Positions 9,615 to 17,888 of a stretch of DNA of 64,000 bases are shown here, in pieces (the stretch's first letter is position 1; each line of letters starts with the position of its first letter). The notes beneath the pieces are model-generated. The model made no database searches, was not told the origin of the DNA, and saw only the letters and a program-made list of their open reading frames with translations. The stretch is from a bacterium (lineage in GTDB: Bacteria; UBA10199; 2-02-FULL-44-16; JAAZCA01): assembly GCA_963674695.2 (NCBI GenBank), contig CAXXGI010000001.1, positions 768,001-832,000 of the forward strand, given 5' to 3'. The position numbers were made by a program, and so were the translations under genes.

Positions 9615-10855
9615 GGGAGCAGCAGTTTCTTGAGGTGCTTGGAATTGATCTGGTAGATCAGCGTCTTCCCCTTCCGACCCTCGATCAGGAGATCGTGTTC
9701 GACCAATCGCTTTAAGAGCTGCCTCGCCATCTCATGCGTCTTCTTGATGTCATCGGCATACTCCCGAATGGTCATCTTTCTGTATTTCTGCAGCGCCAAT
9801 TTCTGAAGCAGAATGACCTGGGCATCGCTCAAATTGAATCGTTCCTTCAGCGCCCATATGTTTTGCAAAAAATCGATCTTGCGAGAAACCTCTTCGAGCG
9901 CCACCTTCAATGAGTCCAGCGAGAAATCGACAAAATAGGTGACATCACCCTCATGACTGACCGCATTTTCAAACGACCGCTCATAGCGTTTCCCGTGACG
10001 CTTCAAATCTGCGGAGATGGAGAGCATCTCCAAGAATTTCAGATCGCGTTTGATTCCATTGAAGTAGAAGACCGTTCTCGCCGTCCGCCCATTACCATCG
10101 AAGAACGGGTGAATATAGGCCACAAAATAGTGTAATAAAATACCCTGAACCAAGGGGTGAATAAACCGTGGATTCTGCGTGCACTGAAGAATTGATTCCC
10201 GCAGCGCCATCTCTATGAGCCCATGTTCTATTCCGGTGTGTTTGCCGATGTAGACGACATCATCCCTGAACCTCCCCACATAATTCACCAAATCACCCTC
10301 CATGGTGCCCTGGGTAACGATGGTATGCATGGTCAAGAGGGCATCGATATTCAGAGGGGAATCTTTATGCTCTTTTATCCACTCAAGCGCCCTAAGATTA
10401 TTGATCAACATCTGCTCCGCTCTATCTCTTGGCTGACGCTTTTCGGCAATCAACTGCTTCGCCTTGGTCCGTGTGGTATTGGCCCCTTCGTAGATCGCAG
10501 AGGTGACGGCCTCTTCGATCTTGGCGTTCAGAAAGAAATCCTCTTCGAATGTCCTGCTGCTGTGGATCTTGTCATAGATTTCGATCCCCATCCTCTCGAC
10601 TTCGGAGACCTTCTTTCGGATACAATCCGCTTCGAAATACCAGAAGAGGGCATCGATGGAGGGAATGGCCAGCGGCAACGATTGAAGCTTTCGCGTATCC
10701 TCGATCCTTTTCGAGAGCTGTTTCCATGATTCGCCCTGTCCATCCAATCCGACCCGATGACGGATATCCTCCAAGGGAAGGTAGCGCTCATGCGAATATT
10801 TGATCCAAATCGGATCGTTTCGAAATTGGAAGTCATCCCGCAATGAATTCGCCAT
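9611..10855 (-). CDS. Fic family protein with C-terminal winged HTH
   Basis: HPFFDGNGRTAR Fic motif; EEAVTSAIYEG; lower GC than neighbours. Confidence 0.92.
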   Translation of the reverse strand: MANSLRDDFQFRNDPIWIKYSHERYLPLEDIRHRVGLDGQGESWKQLSKRIEDTRKLQSLPLAIPSIDALFWYFEADCIRKKVSEVERMGIEIYDKIHSSRTFEEDFFLNAKIEEAVTSAIYEGANTTRTKAKQLIAEKRQPRDRAEQMLINNLRALEWIKEHKDSPLNIDALLTMHTIVTQGTMEGDLVNYVGRFRDDVVYIGKHTGIEHGLIEMALRESILQCTQNPRFIHPLVQGILLHYFVAYIHPFFDGNGRTARTVFYFNGIKRDLKFLEMLSISADLKRHGKRYERSFENAVSHEGDVTYFVDFSLDSLKVALEEVSRKIDFLQNIWALKERFNLSDAQVILLQKLALQKYRKMTIREYADDIKKTHEMARQLLKRLVEHDLLIEGRKGKTLIYQINSKHLKKLLLP

Positions 10856-11196
10856 ATTTCGCCTCCGTTTGCCCTTTATACGAGAGGGGAGGTCTTATGA
10901 CAATAATTAATGCAAATACTTGGATTCAAATTTGGATACAACTGTCGGAAGTATCTTTAACCTATTGAAATAATTGCTTATATGAGATTAATCAGAACAG
11001 ACAAATTATATCCAAATAAATGGACCAATATTTGGATGATATCGGCGCAATCCCGAAATATGCCCATATATGAAGGGGTTGGAATTCCAAACGGATTGCC
11101 GGGAGATTTGGAGAAGGGCAATTCAGGAGATTCGCCCATCGGCCCGGAAGCTAAAGCGATAGGATCCATCCGTCGCGGGGCATTGGAGCCTACCCC

Positions 11197-12288
11197 TTAT
11201 CCTCCCGGAAAGACCGCGCTGGGGTAGTCGTAAATATACCCACCCTCCGGTTTCTCCCTCTGTTGAAAAACATCGAAGGTCGCCTGAAGGTTCTGCTTGG
11301 CCTTATCGCCGCTCGTGTCGAGCCAGTCGCGCACGCCCAGCAGGAAGGCCGCGGCGCGCGCTTGGAAGATGCGATCGATGACATCCGGCTTATCTCCCGC
11401 CACCGTGCGATTCGGCTCGAAAATCATCTCGACAAGCCCGGGAAAAACATCTGAAGCGGCCAACTCCATGCGATAGGCGACGGCATCGGAAAGCTGTCCC
11501 TGACGATAATCAAGATGGAACGGAGCATCTCCGGAGAGCTTCCCAAACGGTTTGGCATTCGATATATCCTCCGACGTTTCGTAGACAATCGATTTCCCGT
11601 AATGACGAACGGTGGGAAAACTCGTGGGGCCGACGCGATATCGCAACAGATCGTTCCAGTCGCTCTCCCGAATGAAGATGCGCGCGCCAAGTTCGCCCGA
11701 GGGAAAGACATATTGGAGCGCATCCTTCTCCTCTATCGGTCTCCCCTCACGGATAAGATCTGTCAGGGCAACGGTCCTGCCCCCGCTCCTGATTACCCTT
11801 TCAACCGAACGCGCGAGCTTCTTCATCCAGCTCGAGCTCTGGGCCGCTTGAATCCCCGTGTTCATCCAGGGTTCCATCCCTAAAGGCTGAGACCCGGCAA
11901 AACTCAAGGGAAAGGCCATACGATGAAGGGCAAATCGGGCGAGTTTAAAGACGTCAGCATTTTCCTTCTTTGTCTTCCCGCGCTCGGCAGCAAATTGGAA
12001 GGCATTGAACGCTTCAAAAAGAATTTGAAATTCATGTTCACAAGCATACTCCTTGTCACGATTCCCATGATCGTGTGCACCGGGCGCCTTCACCGTCTTC
12101 CGCAAAACGGGGACCACGCTCTCGCCTTTGCTGAAAGAATACTGACTATTCGCGATATCTCGACGATAGCGATCCTCGACGAGCAGATCGACGGCATCGA
12201 AGAGATGGCTCTCATCCAGCGCCGCCCGCGCTGCATCGGCAACGAGTTCATATTCCGACGCCAAAAAGAGGGTCGGCTGAGAGAGCAC
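11197..12288 (-). CDS. Hypothetical orphan protein (possible 5' frameshift; RBS-preceded ATG at 12325 is out of frame)
   Basis: 363-aa ORF with no recognisable motif; preceded by the shared sigma28-like motif. Confidence 0.6.
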   Translation of the reverse strand: MLSQPTLFLASEYELVADAARAALDESHLFDAVDLLVEDRYRRDIANSQYSFSKGESVVPVLRKTVKAPGAHDHGNRDKEYACEHEFQILFEAFNAFQFAAERGKTKKENADVFKLARFALHRMAFPLSFAGSQPLGMEPWMNTGIQAAQSSSWMKKLARSVERVIRSGGRTVALTDLIREGRPIEEKDALQYVFPSGELGARIFIRESDWNDLLRYRVGPTSFPTVRHYGKSIVYETSEDISNAKPFGKLSGDAPFHLDYRQGQLSDAVAYRMELAASDVFPGLVEMIFEPNRTVAGDKPDVIDRIFQARAAAFLLGVRDWLDTSGDKAKQNLQATFDVFQQREKPEGGYIYDYPSAVFPGG

Positions 12289-12346
12289 ATAAGCTGATGG
12301 GGGAACTGCCTAAGAGCATGGACATAACGCCTCCTTGCCAAATTCC

Positions 12347-12372
12347 TTATCGCAATCCCGATCATCGAGTCG
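12347..12372 (-). promoter_or_regulatory. Sigma28-like promoter motif copy
   Basis: Minus strand CGAC-N14-TGCGATAA upstream of the RBS AAGGAGG. Confidence 0.5.
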
Positions 12373-12442
12373 AGAAAAATTATACGACATTTTAATGATG
12401 TCAGAATACTGAGAAGGGGTCTCGCAGCCGACGATGCACGAC

Positions 12443-13096
12443 CTACGGCGAAGGCGTGAAGGTGTATTCGTAGCGCTTGCGGGCCTTGGCCTTGGGATCT
12501 GAGGCGCGTTTCGGATCGACGCTCCAGGCCTGGTAGATGATCTTTCGATCCGGCGTCGTAATCGTCCAGAAGGAACGCGCGTCGGCACCGCCTTCGCAGG
12601 GCATTCCCGCTCCCTGCGGGCAATCGATGTAGAATCCCTCGACGCCATCACGGACCAGGAGCGTGGCGTGATAGAGGGCGATCTCCTTGCCGTCCGCATC
12701 GAGCTCGCGCTGCACGAGGCGGTTGCCCTTCCACTCCCAGATCTCGTCGACGCCCGCATCCGGACATTTGAAGCGAAAGACGCAGGCATCACCCTGCTTG
12801 GTCACCACGAGTGTGGCCTGTTTCTTGTGCAGCTTCTGATTCACCGACCAGGTCGTGCCGATGAAACGCCCCGGCTTGCACTCGATGGCCTGCGCCGCGT
12901 GAGGCCAGAGGATTGTTATGATGAGTATGGCCGGCAGGGTGCATTTCAAAACGAAGTCTGTCATCCTGAACCCTTCGACGTTGCTCAGGACAGGCTCCGC
13001 GAAGGATCTCCGTAAATTCTCGGGGGATTCTTCGCGTTGCCCAGAATGACAAATCCGAGAAACACCGTTTTTAACTGTGCCCATCAACAATTTCAT
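12443..13096 (-). CDS. Secreted hypothetical protein with a palindromic element inserted in frame in its N-terminus
   Basis: ATG overlaps the upstream stop (ATGA); signal h-region LPAILIITILWPHAAQA follows the inserted segment; Cys-containing beta-rich mature part. Confidence 0.7.
   Translation of the reverse strand: MKLLMGTVKNGVSRICHSGQREESPENLRRSFAEPVLSNVEGFRMTDFVLKCTLPAILIITILWPHAAQAIECKPGRFIGTTWSVNQKLHKKQATLVVTKQGDACVFRFKCPDAGVDEIWEWKGNRLVQRELDADGKEIALYHATLLVRDGVEGFYIDCPQGAGMPCEGGADARSFWTITTPDRKIIYQAWSVDPKRASDPKAKARKRYEYTFTPSP
12937..13082. mobile_element. MITE-like element (imperfect 17-bp TIRs) carrying a TGTCAT...ATGACA palindrome
   Basis: gggtgcatttcaaaacg (12937)/cgtttttaactgtgccc (13082); inner tgtcatcctga...cagaatgaca at 12959-13051. 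Confidence 0.7.
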
Positions 13097-13974
13097 CTTC
13101 CACCCACTGTTTTCACCTGCGCATCCGGCTTGCGCAACAGAAACTCATCGCGCAGATACCCCTTGCGATCGACCACCTTCACCGCCACACGCGGGCCCGC
13201 GACCTCGAAGAACATAAAGTGATTGAAGCCGCTGTAGAGCGGCGCGCCCGCGCCTCCCGTGACGATGTACTCGACGCCGTCGTGGGGATAGCGCTTGTAG
13301 GTGTGCTCGTGCCCCGCAAAAACCGCATCGACCTTCTCCTTCTTGAAGAGGGCATGCAGCGCATCGCGCTGCTTTGGATAGCGATCGAGCGAGCTGCCGT
13401 AGTGGCTCGCCCCCTTCCAGAGGTAGAGCGGATGGTGCAGGAAGACGAACTGATGTTCATACCGCTTTGCATCGAGCGTGCGCCTCAACCACTTGAGCTG
13501 TTCGCCCGCGATGCGCCGATCGTGTCCCGGCTCGCAGGTGTTGAGGACGACGAAGAGATCATCGCCGACGACAAAGGAATAGTAGGTCTCCTTGCCGGGC
13601 AGGTCGACCACCTCGCGCCAGACCTGCTGGCTCTGTGCATCATCGATGTCGTGATTGCCGGGCGTAAGAAAATATGGGACGTCGATGGGCTTGGAGAGTT
13701 CGAAGAAGTGCGCCCACTGTTTGCGATTGCCCGGATGCGGAATGATGTCGCCCGTGTTCATGATGAACATCGGCTTGCGCGCCATGGTCCCCGCAACGAT
13801 CTTCTTATACACCCGATCGCCGGAACGATTGTCGCCGATCACGGCGAAGGTATAGTCGCCCTTGTGCGACGCCAGCGTCTTGAGCGACTGCTTCATCTGT
13901 GCCGATTCCGCATGCGCGACACCGGCCACACCCATGACCACCAGCACCAATATAATGAGGCCCATCCGTCTCAT
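13093..13974 (-). CDS. Exported calcineurin-like metallophosphoesterase
   Basis: IGDNR, TGDII, PGNHD, FLHHP and AGHEH motifs; signal peptide ending AHA. Confidence 0.9.
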   Translation of the reverse strand: MRRMGLIILVLVVMGVAGVAHAESAQMKQSLKTLASHKGDYTFAVIGDNRSGDRVYKKIVAGTMARKPMFIMNTGDIIPHPGNRKQWAHFFELSKPIDVPYFLTPGNHDIDDAQSQQVWREVVDLPGKETYYSFVVGDDLFVVLNTCEPGHDRRIAGEQLKWLRRTLDAKRYEHQFVFLHHPLYLWKGASHYGSSLDRYPKQRDALHALFKKEKVDAVFAGHEHTYKRYPHDGVEYIVTGGAGAPLYSGFNHFMFFEVAGPRVAVKVVDRKGYLRDEFLLRKPDAQVKTVGGR

Positions 13975-14037
13975 ATCCACCTCCTCCCCCCAGCAATAGA
14001 ATTCGCCCCGCCGACCGTCAATGCCGTTTTTAAAACC

Positions 14038-14154
14038 GACCATGGACCAAAGACGATGGACTGTGGACCATGGACCCAAGGCATTTATGCCTCTGGTTTT
14101 GGTCTATGGTCTATGGTCTATGGTCTATGGTCTATGGTCTATGGTCTATGGTCT
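14038..14154. repeat. Inverted heptamer tandem repeat (GGTCTAT)7 with degenerate complementary arm
   Basis: (ggtctat)x7 at 14101-14149; gaccatggacc-type units at 14038-14077. Confidence 0.9.
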
Positions 14155-14175
14155 TGATGTTGGCCTTCAAAAGGG

Positions 14176-14400
14176 TCAGTCTTCTTCGTCCCAGGTCTCG
14201 ATGTCGACATCGGCGACGGGTTTGAGATCGGCCTCGACGATGGCACCCTCTTCCGCGGAGGCGACCTCATCCCAGGACTGTTCGAGCTGCGCCCATTCCT
14301 CCTCCGTCAGATCCGCTGCGCTGCCGCAGGCCGACACGAAGGGGAGGACGAAGATCAGGGTGAACATGACGATGATGATGAGATGACGGGGACGAGACAT
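14176..14400 (-). CDS. Small acidic lipoprotein
   Basis: Lipobox VSAC after a hydrophobic stretch; RBS aaggag; sigma54 promoter upstream. Confidence 0.7.
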   Translation of the reverse strand: MSRPRHLIIIVMFTLIFVLPFVSACGSAADLTEEEWAQLEQSWDEVASAEEGAIVEADLKPVADVDIETWDEED

Positions 14401-14466
14401 GAGCGCTCCTTTTCGTCTCCCCCGAGGCGATGAGCGTGCCGACTATCGGCACCACCTGCATAAAGA

Positions 14467-14482
14467 AGCAATTCCCGTGCCA
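14467..14482 (-). promoter_or_regulatory. Sigma54 -24/-12 promoter
   Basis: Minus strand TGGCACGGGAATTGCT, perfect consensus. Confidence 0.8.
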
Positions 14483-14725
14483 AGCAAGCCCCGCATAACC
14501 CCCTGGATTTTATAAATAAAATTTTTCCGCCACCAGCAGAACCTCGCCAAACGGGGGGTTGCGCTCCCATCGCCCGGAGAAATGAGACCCCACACGCCGT
14601 GGATCCCCTCCGCCGGTGAAAGCCGTTGCAATCTGAAAATGACCCGAGTACTGCTTCAAGCACATGATATTCCCGTATCTTTTGTGATGACGATGACCAA
14701 ACCGATACCGCTTCACGGAGGATCT

Positions 14726-15691
14726 ATGCGTACCAAACTGTTGCTGCTCATCGGTTGTTGCTGCCTCATCCTTGCGGTGGCCGTCTCTTGCTCAAAGCGC
14801 ACCGGCCCCTTGGGCTCGACAAAAAACCCCATTCGATTCTATTTCATGCCGCTCAAGGGCGAAGAGGTCTTCACGACCAACGCCAAGTTGATCGCGAATT
14901 CGATTGAGAAGAGCACGGGGCTCGTCGTCAAGGTGACCGAGGCCCCTGATTTTGTGACCATCATCAAGGCGCTCGGCACAGGGGATGCCGACATCGCCTT
15001 CATGAACACGTTGGGGTTTTTACTCGCACGAGATTGGGCGGGTGCAAACGCGCACCTCAAATATCTCTATGGCGACGTCTATTCGACCTATCGGGGAGAG
15101 CTCATCGCGCGCGCCGACAGCGGCATCGACAAGCCCGAGGACATGAACGGAAAGATCGTGGCCTTCACCGACCCCTATTCCGCTGCGGGTTATCTCTATG
15201 CGCTCAAATACCTGACCGATCACAACATCACGCCGAAGCAGACGCTCTTCGCCGGCGGACACAAGAAGGCGCTGGCGATGGTCTATGAGGGCAAGGCCGA
15301 TATCGCCGCCACCTATCATGAAAAACCGACCGCATCGGGGCTGGCACGCGATGCACGCACGGAGCTGCTCAAAGATCACCCCGACGCTATCACCGCGCTC
15401 AAGATCGTAGCGCTCACTGATCCCATTCCGACCGGACCCGTCGCGGTGCGCAAGAAACTGTCGTCCGAGACCACCGCCAAACTCGTGGGCGCGCTGATCG
15501 GGTTTGCGCGCACAGCCGAGGGACGCCAGGCACTCTATGACCTCTACAACATCACGGGACTGGCCGCGGCCAGCAACGCTGACTACGACGGCGTCCAGAA
15601 GGTGATCAAGGAACTCGGCAAGAGGGTTCAGGACCTCGTCCCTGGTGGCGCCCCCTACTATAAAACTGCGATCGAGATCGGACTAGAATAA
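14726..15691 (+). CDS. PhnD-like phosphate/phosphite/phosphonate substrate-binding lipoprotein
   Basis: Lipobox AVSC; DIAFMNTLG, Y.GELIAR.DSGI, VAFTDPYSAAGY, FAGGH; RBS ggagg. Confidence 0.82.
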   Translation: MRTKLLLLIGCCCLILAVAVSCSKRTGPLGSTKNPIRFYFMPLKGEEVFTTNAKLIANSIEKSTGLVVKVTEAPDFVTIIKALGTGDADIAFMNTLGFLLARDWAGANAHLKYLYGDVYSTYRGELIARADSGIDKPEDMNGKIVAFTDPYSAAGYLYALKYLTDHNITPKQTLFAGGHKKALAMVYEGKADIAATYHEKPTASGLARDARTELLKDHPDAITALKIVALTDPIPTGPVAVRKKLSSETTAKLVGALIGFARTAEGRQALYDLYNITGLAAASNADYDGVQKVIKELGKRVQDLVPGGAPYYKTAIEIGLE

Positions 15692-15700
15692 GGAGCAACC

Positions 15701-16774
15701 ATGACGACCACAACCGGCATTCGCAAACACATCGCATCCCTCGGCATCGCGGCGCTCTGCTTCGGCTATTTCGCTTCCTACGTCCCCTATTCGATGATGA
15801 CGAAGATGATCACCAAGGGACTCTTCGAGGGAATGGACGGTGTCGGCTTCACCGGTTTTCAGATCCAACCGATCGCGGTGCTCGCCAGCGCCATCGGCAT
15901 GCTGACATTCATCACGCTGGCGCGCTGGTGGAAGCACTGCACGCACTCGAAGATTTTTGGCATCTCCGTTCCACGGCCGCAGTGGTTCACCTTTATCTCG
16001 GGGATCTGCACCGCCTGCCAGATCATCACGACGACACTCGCCTACACCTTCAGCGGTATCTCGATCGTCTTCGCGATGCTCCTCATGCGCGGCGGCGTGT
16101 TGGTGATGGCGCCCATCGTCGATCTCGTGGCCTGGCGTCGCCGTCGCCACATCTACTGGCCCTCGATGGTCGCTGCTGCGTTGAGCCTGGGCGCACTGCT
16201 CGTCGCCTTCGCGAGCAAGGCCGGAACCGCCATGACGACGATTGCCGCCATCGACATCGGTCTCTACCTCTTCGGCTACTTCTTCCGGCTCCTCTTCATG
16301 AGCAACCGCGCCAAGAGCGACGACCCGGTCGAACGCAAGCGGTACTTCTCCGAAGAACAGCTCACCGCCAACATCGTCCTCTTCTCGACACTCGTCGTCG
16401 TGGGCCTCGTCGGCAGCACGATGCCGGTGACCTCAATCCCGGGGCAGGTCTGGTATGGATTTTCCGTGCTGCCCACATCCGGCTTTTTCTGGACGATCTT
16501 CCTGATCGGCATCTTCTCCTACGGCACCGGGCTCTTCGGCAGCCTGATCTACCTGGACCGTCGCGAGAACACCTTCACCGTCCCGGCCAACCGTTCGTCG
16601 AGCATCATCGCGGGACTGATCGCCACCTATCTCCTCGCCTTCTTCTATGGCCAGCGCCTGCCGGACGTACACCAACTTGTCGGCGTTGCGCTCATCATCG
16701 GCGCGATCGCCTTCCTGGCCTGGCGCGGCGCAGTCGAAAAGCGCGCACGTCTCGCGGCAAAGAAGAAAGCATAG
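15701..16774 (+). CDS. Multi-pass membrane protein (DMT/EamA-like topology)
   Basis: About 10 hydrophobic helices; 9 bp after the PhnD-like gene. Confidence 0.7.
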   Translation: MTTTTGIRKHIASLGIAALCFGYFASYVPYSMMTKMITKGLFEGMDGVGFTGFQIQPIAVLASAIGMLTFITLARWWKHCTHSKIFGISVPRPQWFTFISGICTACQIITTTLAYTFSGISIVFAMLLMRGGVLVMAPIVDLVAWRRRRHIYWPSMVAAALSLGALLVAFASKAGTAMTTIAAIDIGLYLFGYFFRLLFMSNRAKSDDPVERKRYFSEEQLTANIVLFSTLVVVGLVGSTMPVTSIPGQVWYGFSVLPTSGFFWTIFLIGIFSYGTGLFGSLIYLDRRENTFTVPANRSSSIIAGLIATYLLAFFYGQRLPDVHQLVGVALIIGAIAFLAWRGAVEKRARLAAKKKA

Positions 16775-16783
16775 GGAACGCCC

Positions 16784-17722
16784 ATGAACACAGCGGAGAA
16801 GATCGCCCATCTCACCGCGAACATCGCGTCCGTCTTCATCGGGAAACCGCATGCGGTGCGCCAGGTGATCGCGACGCTCTTGGCGGGCGGGCATGTGCTC
16901 ATCGAAGATGTCCCCGGCATCGGAAAGACACTCCTCGGCATTGCGCTGGCGCGCTCGATCGACGCCTCCTTCATGCGCATCCAGTTCACCAACGACCTCC
17001 TTCCCTCCGACATCCTGGGGGTCACCACCTTCCATCCGGAAAAACAGGCGTTCGAATTCCGCCGCGGTCCGATCTTCTCCAACATCGTGCTCGCTGACGA
17101 AATCAACCGTGCCACGCCAAAGACACAGAGCTCGCTCCTGGAGGCGATGAACGATCGCCAGATCACGGTCGACGGCGTCACGCACCATCTTTCACCGCCG
17201 TTCATGGTGATCGCCACCCAGAATCCGGTGGAGTATCACGGCACCTTTCCGCTACCCGAAGCGCAGCTCGATCGTTTTTTCATGCGCGTGCGCATCGGCT
17301 ATCCGACGCTTGAGGATGAAAAGGCCATCGTCCAGGATCATCACCTCTATGCCCGCGCGGGCGAACTGCCCGCCGCGCTCACGCACGAGGAGGTGATGGA
17401 CTTGCAAGAGGAGACCGAGCGCGTGCGTCTGGATGAGATGCTGCTCGAATACATCATCCGCATCGCCGACGCGACGCGCCAGGACCCGCGCATCCAGCTC
17501 GGCATCAGTCCGCGCGGCGCCCTCTTCCTCCACCGCGCGGCACAAGCCGCGGCCATCATGGACGGTCGCGATGCCTGCACGCCGGATGACATCAAATCGA
17601 TGGCGGTTCCGGTTTTCTCCCACCGACTGATCGTCGAATCGAACCTCTATGGCATGGCACGCATCGACGAATCGGAACGGATCATGAACGAAATTCTGGA
17701 ACGCACACCGGTACCGTTGTAA
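16784..17722 (+). CDS. moxR: MoxR family AAA+ ATPase
   Basis: GHVLIEDVPGIGKT, RIQFTNDLLPSD, DEINRATPKTQS, ATQNP, FPLPEAQLDRF. Confidence 0.95.
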   Translation: MNTAEKIAHLTANIASVFIGKPHAVRQVIATLLAGGHVLIEDVPGIGKTLLGIALARSIDASFMRIQFTNDLLPSDILGVTTFHPEKQAFEFRRGPIFSNIVLADEINRATPKTQSSLLEAMNDRQITVDGVTHHLSPPFMVIATQNPVEYHGTFPLPEAQLDRFFMRVRIGYPTLEDEKAIVQDHHLYARAGELPAALTHEEVMDLQEETERVRLDEMLLEYIIRIADATRQDPRIQLGISPRGALFLHRAAQAAAIMDGRDACTPDDIKSMAVPVFSHRLIVESNLYGMARIDESERIMNEILERTPVPL

Positions 17723-17755
17723 TAACGAAGAACGACCGCTCATGGTGTTCAGTTT

Positions 17756-17853
17756 TGTCATTCTGAGCGAAGCCCCGTAGTACGGGGCGTAGCGAAGAAT
17801 CCCTTGCGAACATTGTCTTCGGGGGATTCTTCGGCTGACGCCTCAGAATGACA
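17756..17853. repeat. REP-like TGTCAT...ATGACA palindromic element
   Basis: tgtcattctgagcg...gaagaatccc...gggattcttcg...ctcagaatgaca. Confidence 0.8.
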
Positions 17854-17888
17854 ATCGACGTAAAACCTCATTCCCCGAGATCACCTTC

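Noticed and set aside
14530-14635. Possible riboswitch or ncRNA upstream of the PhnD-like gene (similar GC-rich stretches at 24690-24800 and 46600-46740)
   Set aside because: No known riboswitch consensus could be matched by eye; an Rfam/Infernal scan is needed.
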